From Octopus sinensis (Eukaryota), in the NCBI RefSeq assembly GCF_006345805.1, contig NW_021835306.1, positions 1 to 41,756 of the forward strand: DNA of 41,756 bases. Direction: 5' to 3'. The notes under the pieces are model-generated. The model searched no databases. It was not told the DNA's origin and saw only the letters and a program-made list of their open reading frames with translations. Of this stretch, positions 36,110 through 41,756 are shown in pieces. The position numbers and the translations under genes are program-made. Position 1 is the stretch's first letter. Each line of letters begins with the position of its first letter.

Positions 36110-36296
36110 CACCATGATAGATCGTTAGTCACTACCCATTTTCCCTCTCCTTGTTTTTTCTGTGTCCTTTTCTGTAGAAGAGCGTAGGCTCGAAACGTAA
36201 AAGACTTTTTCTATTCCTGAGCGTTATATAATACATCTGTTTGTTTTGTACACCACCTGTCTTCGTCTTTTGTTTTTTTCGTAAACTCTCCCTATA
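36110..36296 (+). mobile_element. solo terminal repeat of the Penelope-like family
   Basis: CCATGATAGATCG...GAAGAGCGTAGGCTCGAAACGTAAAAGACTTTTTCTATTCCTGAGCG...GTAAACTCTCCCTATA, matching 3052-3242. Confidence 0.85.
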
Positions 36297-36315
36297 CAAC
36301 ACACACACACACACA

Positions 36316-36410
<95 letters not shown>

Positions 36411-36565
36411 TATATACACATATATATTCAGGATTGAATATTTGCGAAGATATTATTAACTCTATTATTATCTAGGGTAATATAAGTAGATTGATAACAG
36501 AATGAATAATATAGGCAATTGCAGGCTCCCAAAAAGCTATTTAATAGCTGACGGATTAAAATTTG

Positions 36566-36860
36566 TATTAATTAAAGGACATACTGAATATGGCTACCTG
36601 CTGGAAATAAGTCAAACTCTTATTCAAACCACCGAAAAAATAACTCTGATAATAACTACAGAAGTCAACCATACGCGAGTAAACGAGTCAAGAAAATCAC
36701 TCACATACCTATATAGCATCCAGCTATATATTTTCTAGTATTTGGACTCACGTAGACCGTTGACTTTTGTAGTTATTATCAGTGTTATTTTTTTCAGCGG
36801 TTTAAATGTTGAGTGTTATTTGCAGCAGGTAGACATACTCAGAATATCCTTTGATTAATA
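36566..36860. repeat. ~100-bp diverged inverted repeat
   Basis: 36566-36669 versus the reverse complement of 36759-36860 (AAAGGA.AT.CTGA.TATG.CTACCTGCTG.AAATAA...CTGATAATAACTACA.AAGTCAAC). Confidence 0.85.
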
Positions 36861-37099
36861 TATATATATATATAGATTATATATATATATATATATATAT
36901 ACATGGTTATGTATTTGAGAAGTCATACTGTGAAACTAATATAGATACACATCACTGATTGCTTGACTATATAAGCTCGTAAATAATTTCCACCACACTA
37001 ACTCAATAAGCACAAATTGTCAAATACTTCAGATTTTTGGCTGATTAACCTAAAGCATTTGAAAATTAAATACCAATCGAAAGTATATAAATATATATG

Positions 37100-37504
37100 C
37101 AGGCGGGGCTGTGTAGATAAGAAGCTTGCTTCCCACCCATGTGGTCTTGTGTTCAATCCTATAGTGCAACACCTTGGGCAATGTTTTCCTATTATACCAC
37201 TGGACTGACCAAAGTCTTGTGAGTGTGTTTAGTAGCCTGAAACTGAAAGGAGCTCATTTTATGTATGTATGTATGTATATATGTATGTATACGAGGGTGT
37301 GCTGGAAATTTGCTGGTTTTACGGGTATCGTGATAGCCCTGGTTTGAGGCCTGACTCTCTGAGTTCTTTTACAGGGTTTAGGAAACTGAAGGTCCACTGC
37401 ATAAGTGCGTGAAACTGATAAGGAATATGTTGAATAAGATCTTAACTAATTTTTCTGTATTTTTCCCCGAAATCCAATAACTTTTCAGCACCCCTCGTAT
37501 GTGA

Positions 37505-37577
<73 letters not shown>

Positions 37578-37742
37578 TGTGTGTGCTGCGTTTGCACTCC
37601 ATCATCGTTTGACAATCGATGTTGGCTTGTTTACGTCCCTGTCACTTAGCTGTTCGCCGTTAAGTACTGAGAGCAATTTATTTGATTGCATTTTGAAAAC
37701 GGTGCTCCAGCAAGGCTACAGTCCAATGACCAGTAAAGGATG
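37100..37742 (+). mobile_element. composite SINE (B head, microsatellite, D tail), interrupted by a MITE
   Basis: Head 37100-37255 and tail 37600-37742. Confidence 0.7.
37292..37497. mobile_element. mariner-type MITE
   Basis: TA|CGAGGGTGTGCTGGAAA ... TTTTCAGCACCCCTCG|TA. Confidence 0.8.
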
Positions 37743-37943
37743 AATGACAAAAGAGTGAAAAGACTGCAGGTTTAGTTCGGTTAAAAGTTATTTTAGTGGG
37801 AAAGAATACAAGCCACAATGTTTTTTAGTGTGTTTATAGTCTTTATTAACCTGACTGATCCGAGATGTAATAACCACGCCTTCAACACACATTTTCAGAT
37901 CAAAATTCATGCGAAACAAATTCGAAATCCACACAGACACACA

Positions 37944-37982
<39 letters not shown>

Positions 37983-38649
37983 TAACGCACATCTGTGTGT
38001 GGATCACGTCTGTCAAGTTTAACTATAAATTTGCACATACACGAGACCCTTCGTATATGCCAGCAAGAGATTGTTTTTGAGGGAGTCAACTGGCTTTGCC
38101 CATGCAAAAATGTCTCTTTCTTCTTCACGTCACCCATCTTTTTTGGGCCTATTTACGGTTTGATGTTAGCGTCGTGGCGCGCGTTGCTCTCTGAATGCAA
38201 AAAGCCGGACCAGACATGGCGAGGCAACATGCTCGAGTCTGTAAAAGCTGCAGTTCAACATTCGTACAAAATTTCCAAGTGATTCCAAATGTTCGTTAAA
38301 AATCATCGTAAATTGAAAGGTTAAGCTACTTTCATATTTCGTGCGCGCATGCAGCATAAGGTTAAATGAGACATCATTAACCCATTCGTATCCAGTGAGG
38401 AAAACAAAATAAAATGAAATAAAGTCTTGAAATTTGGATATTACTGTGATATCCGAAATCTTTTCCTCTTACTTAATACTAAATCTACCGGATCCAAATA
38501 GAAAACCTATAATTATTTTTAAGTCTCACCCCACAGTATACTCAGACTGACAACACTACAACCAACCACGAATTTACCAGTGCTCTAAATCAGATTCAGC
38601 TAAAAAATTTCCGCCATTTTGACGCTTAATCTATCCCATTCATATAGTG

Positions 38650-39030
38650 CAGGGCTGGATGTGTTGCAGGATGTTTGCTTACCAACCACATGGTTCCGAG
38701 TTCAGTCCCACTGCGTGGCACCTTGGCCAAGTGTCTTTTACTATAGTCCTGGGCCAGTCACAACTTTGTGAGTGGATATGTTAGACGGAAACTGAGAGAA
38801 TCCCGCCGTATACTTATGGTTATTTGTGTGCGTATGACTTTGTGCTTCTCCCACACCACCGCTTGACCACCGGTGCCGGTGTGTTTACGTCCCTGGAGCA
38901 TAACAGTTTGGCATCAGAATCGATACAATAAGCATCAGACTTAACAGAGTGCTACTAAAGCCATTAAAAGCAGCGCCCCATTAGGCGCCCCAGCATGGCT
39001 GCAGTCAAATGATTGAAACATGTAACAGAA
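38650..39030 (+). mobile_element. composite SINE (B head plus D tail)
   Basis: ACCAACCACATGGTTCCGAGTTCAGTCCCACTGCGTGGCACCTTGG...CACCACCGCTTGAC...CCCCAGCATGGCTGCAGTCAAATGA. Confidence 0.8.
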
Positions 39031-39494
39031 AAAAGAAGATTGTACATATTTAATCCATTGTCGACGTCAGGTTTAAAACATGACATGCATAAAGATACGA
39101 AAAAGTGCAAATATGGGAACTGAGCGAACGAGTAAGACGAAAGTACTGTATGCATTTTATGATAAGCGAGAGGTGAGTAGAGAACTGATACATTACTAAT
39201 CTTGTATGTTTCTAAGAATTAGTCAGTTGTTTTACGTATTGTATAAATTTTAGAATCATTTCCAATGTTGCGGTCTGTGGTTGTGCTGGAGTACCACTTA
39301 AATGGGTTGTCTTGGCATAGGCAACTATTTATAGGTCGCATGAGACTGGGTTCATAATCAGACGGGCCGCACTAACAAAAATTCCAAGTAACTGTTCATT
39401 AGTTGTACCATTGAGAGTTAGTCATGTATTTATGTTCTTGGTATCTTACTGCCAAAAAGTTATAGTACAGTGTCGCAAACAAACACATAATGTT

Positions 39495-39700
39495 TTCAAA
39501 ATTTGGCATAAGGCCAGCAATTTGGGAGGGGGGTTATGCGGATTGAATCTACTCCAGTGTTCAACTGGTACTTATTTTACTAAGCCTGAAGGGATAGAAA
39601 ATAAAGTCTATCTCGGTTAAGTTCGAACTCAGAATTTAAAGACGGACGAAATGCCGTTAATCATTTTGTTCGGCGTGCGAACGATTTTGCCATCTCACCC
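39495..39700 (-). mobile_element. SINE family A
   Basis: AAGGCCAGCAATTT...CTGGTACTTATTTT...GAACTCAGAA...GACGAAATGCCG. Confidence 0.7.
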
Positions 39701-39784
39701 CCCCTTCAAACAACGAAATAATGGTAAGAGACACGAACAGAAGCGCAGCCACTCACACATGACATGCATACGCACACCTTCGGC

Positions 39785-39915
39785 TTCTAGATAATTTCCA
39801 TTTACCAAATTCACTCACAGGGTATTGGTCGTCCCGAAGTAGAAGACGTCTGCATGAGAGACTAAGCTTGAAACTGCGTGATTAGAAACCGAACTTAATA
39901 ACCCCACAGAGCCGT
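39785..39915 (-). mobile_element. degenerate SINE family B head
   Basis: TTTCCATTTACCAAATTCACTCACAGGG.ATTGGTCG. Confidence 0.55.
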
Positions 39916-40022
39916 GTCTGTACCCCCCCCCCATCCTTTCTCTCTCTCTCAGTCAGTGTATGCGAATACAAATATGTGTTTCTGTCTCTGCGTGTGTAAG
40001 ACAGATTCAGAGTGAGAACGAT

Positions 40023-40057
<35 letters not shown>

Positions 40058-40189
40058 ACACAGATACACATACACGTTTGTGTGTGTGTGTGATCTATGT
40101 ATATATATGTTTCAGACGGTGCTCCTGCTTGGTCGCAGTCAAATGTCTGAAACAAGTAAAAGGATAAAAGATATATATTTCATGTTTTT

Positions 40190-40393
40190 CTTATTTAAGT
40201 CACTAGATCGCGGCCGTACTGGGTCATGACCCCAAAGGACTTTTAGGGTCGAACGAACCGACCCCAGTATTTATTTTTTTAAAGCTTGAAACTTATTCGA
40301 TCGATATCTTTTGCCGCACCGCTAATTAAGGCGGACGGAAATACGACAACACCAGTTGGTGGAGAACAAACAGACACAGGTAGAGAATCACAG

Positions 40394-40432
<39 letters not shown>

Positions 40433-40815
40433 TGTATGGGACCAAGTGCAGGGGGTGCAAGCACACCTCCTAAAATTTGGTGGAAGATTGCAAAATCAAA
40501 AGTTGCGCCCTTGCTTACTTTTCTTAGGCTTAGAAAGTAGTGCATAAAAAGTGACCTGTAAAAAGTAGTTTGAAGTTCGGTTTCTTCTCAAAGAACAAAA
40601 ATAGATAAAAAACAAAACAATAAGACTTTGTAAAAAAAAAAATTGTAGCTGGATTTGAAACCCCTAAGCAAATTTCGTTTCCGAGCCAGTGTATGTATGT
40701 ATGAACGACGGGTTTCTTCCAGTTTCTGTCTACCAAATTCACTCACTAAACTTAACTGGTCCGTGACTATAGTAGAATATATTTATCTAAGGGTCCACTC
40801 GGTAGGACTGAACCC
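40190..40815 (-). mobile_element. composite SINE pieces (D tail 40190-40375, B head 40706-40815) with an intervening insertion
   Basis: Reverse-complement matches to both modules, in the expected order. Confidence 0.55.
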
Positions 40816-41387
40816 GTATCTATCTGTCTGCTTCTATCTGTCCATCCATTCATCCATCCGGATAGATAGATGGGTAGATAGATAATTTGATAAAGAAATA
40901 CTTATGGATGTGGAGAGTACAAATGGATCTCTGTCTGTTTCGACGATGACTATCCAGAAGTACTTTCTATTTAATTTAGCGTGTAAGGATTTAACATTCC
41001 ATTAACATCTGTATCCTTAATGTGATTTTCAGGTGGAGCCAGCGTGACAGTATTATAAAGCTGGAAAACTTAATTACGTGTGCAATCCATTCGACCTGCT
41101 CCCAATGACCCTGTCTACCCCATTTCATTCACACAGCTTTGGTTGAGCGTCTCTTTCTCTCTTCCCCTCTCCTTATATACGTACATACACACACATGTTG
41201 TGGAAGCGTATATACATGCATGTATACACACACACACATGAAGAATGTATGCGTGTCTGTCTGGTTAGCTGTCTCTCTGCCTATATGCCAATCTGTCTAA
41301 CTGCCTGTCTATCTGTCTGTCTATTTATTCGACTATCTGTGTGCCTATCTACGTTTATCTATTTCTACGCACGCACGTTTGTATATA

Positions 41388-41538
41388 GGCGTGGCTGTGA
41401 GAAGTTTGCTTCCCAAACACATAGTCTCGGGTTCAGTTCCACTGCGTGGCACCATAGACAACTTTCTGCTACTACAGCTTCAGTCTGACCAAAGCCTTGT
41501 GAGTGGATTTGGTAGATAGAAACTGAAAGAAGCCTGCC

Positions 41539-41575
<37 letters not shown>

Positions 41576-41720
41576 ATATACACGCAGGTGTGGCTGTGTA
41601 GTAATAAACTGGCTTCCAAACCGCACCGGTCTGTGTGACATCTTGGGCAAGTATCTCCTACAATACCCTTGGGCCGACCAAAGGCCTTTCGTAGACGAAA
41701 CTGAAAGAAAGCACGTCGTG
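41388..41720 (+). mobile_element. two SINE family B heads separated by (TA)n
   Basis: GTGGCTGTG...GGGTTCAGTTCCACTGCGTGGCACC...GTGAGTGGATTTGGTAGA.AGAAACTGAAAGAAGC; a second copy starts at 41582. Confidence 0.85.
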
Positions 41721-41756
41721 TGTGTGCGTGTGTGTATATATATATATATATATAAA

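Noticed and set aside
37982-38400. piggyBac-like TTAA ends (AGGTTAA, TTAACCC)
   Set aside because: No matching TIR pair could be established.

Overview
Eukaryotic, AT-rich, extremely microsatellite- and transposon-dense DNA. The tRNA-derived SINE families and the (TA)n/(CA)n/(TAA)n/(TATG)n/(TCTG)n load suggest an Octopus-like cephalopod genome (inference). I see no intact host gene, and most ORFs in the track are microsatellite artefacts. Recognisable elements: a Helitron fragment with a PIF1-type helicase and CTAG end; two minus-strand non-autonomous Helitrons; a decayed Penelope-like element (RT plus GIY-YIG) with three solo terminal fragments; RTE, CR1-like, Tx1/L1-like and R4/Dong-like non-LTR relics; two mariner fragments; three MITEs; and about 25 SINE copies. 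Most interesting: (i) a head-to-head inverted pair of hammerhead-ribozyme-like motifs at 34.9-35.1 kb, plus variant hammerhead-like motifs in the Penelope termini; (ii) scattered minus-strand reading-frame relics that look like a tandem CARD/death-fold array, including a recently duplicated exon-like segment; (iii) an 86-nt hairpin that buries a consensus splice donor; (iv) an internally deleted Dong-like element sitting in a TAA microsatellite. All protein-family calls are by eye, not by database search. Boundaries of degenerate repeats are approximate.
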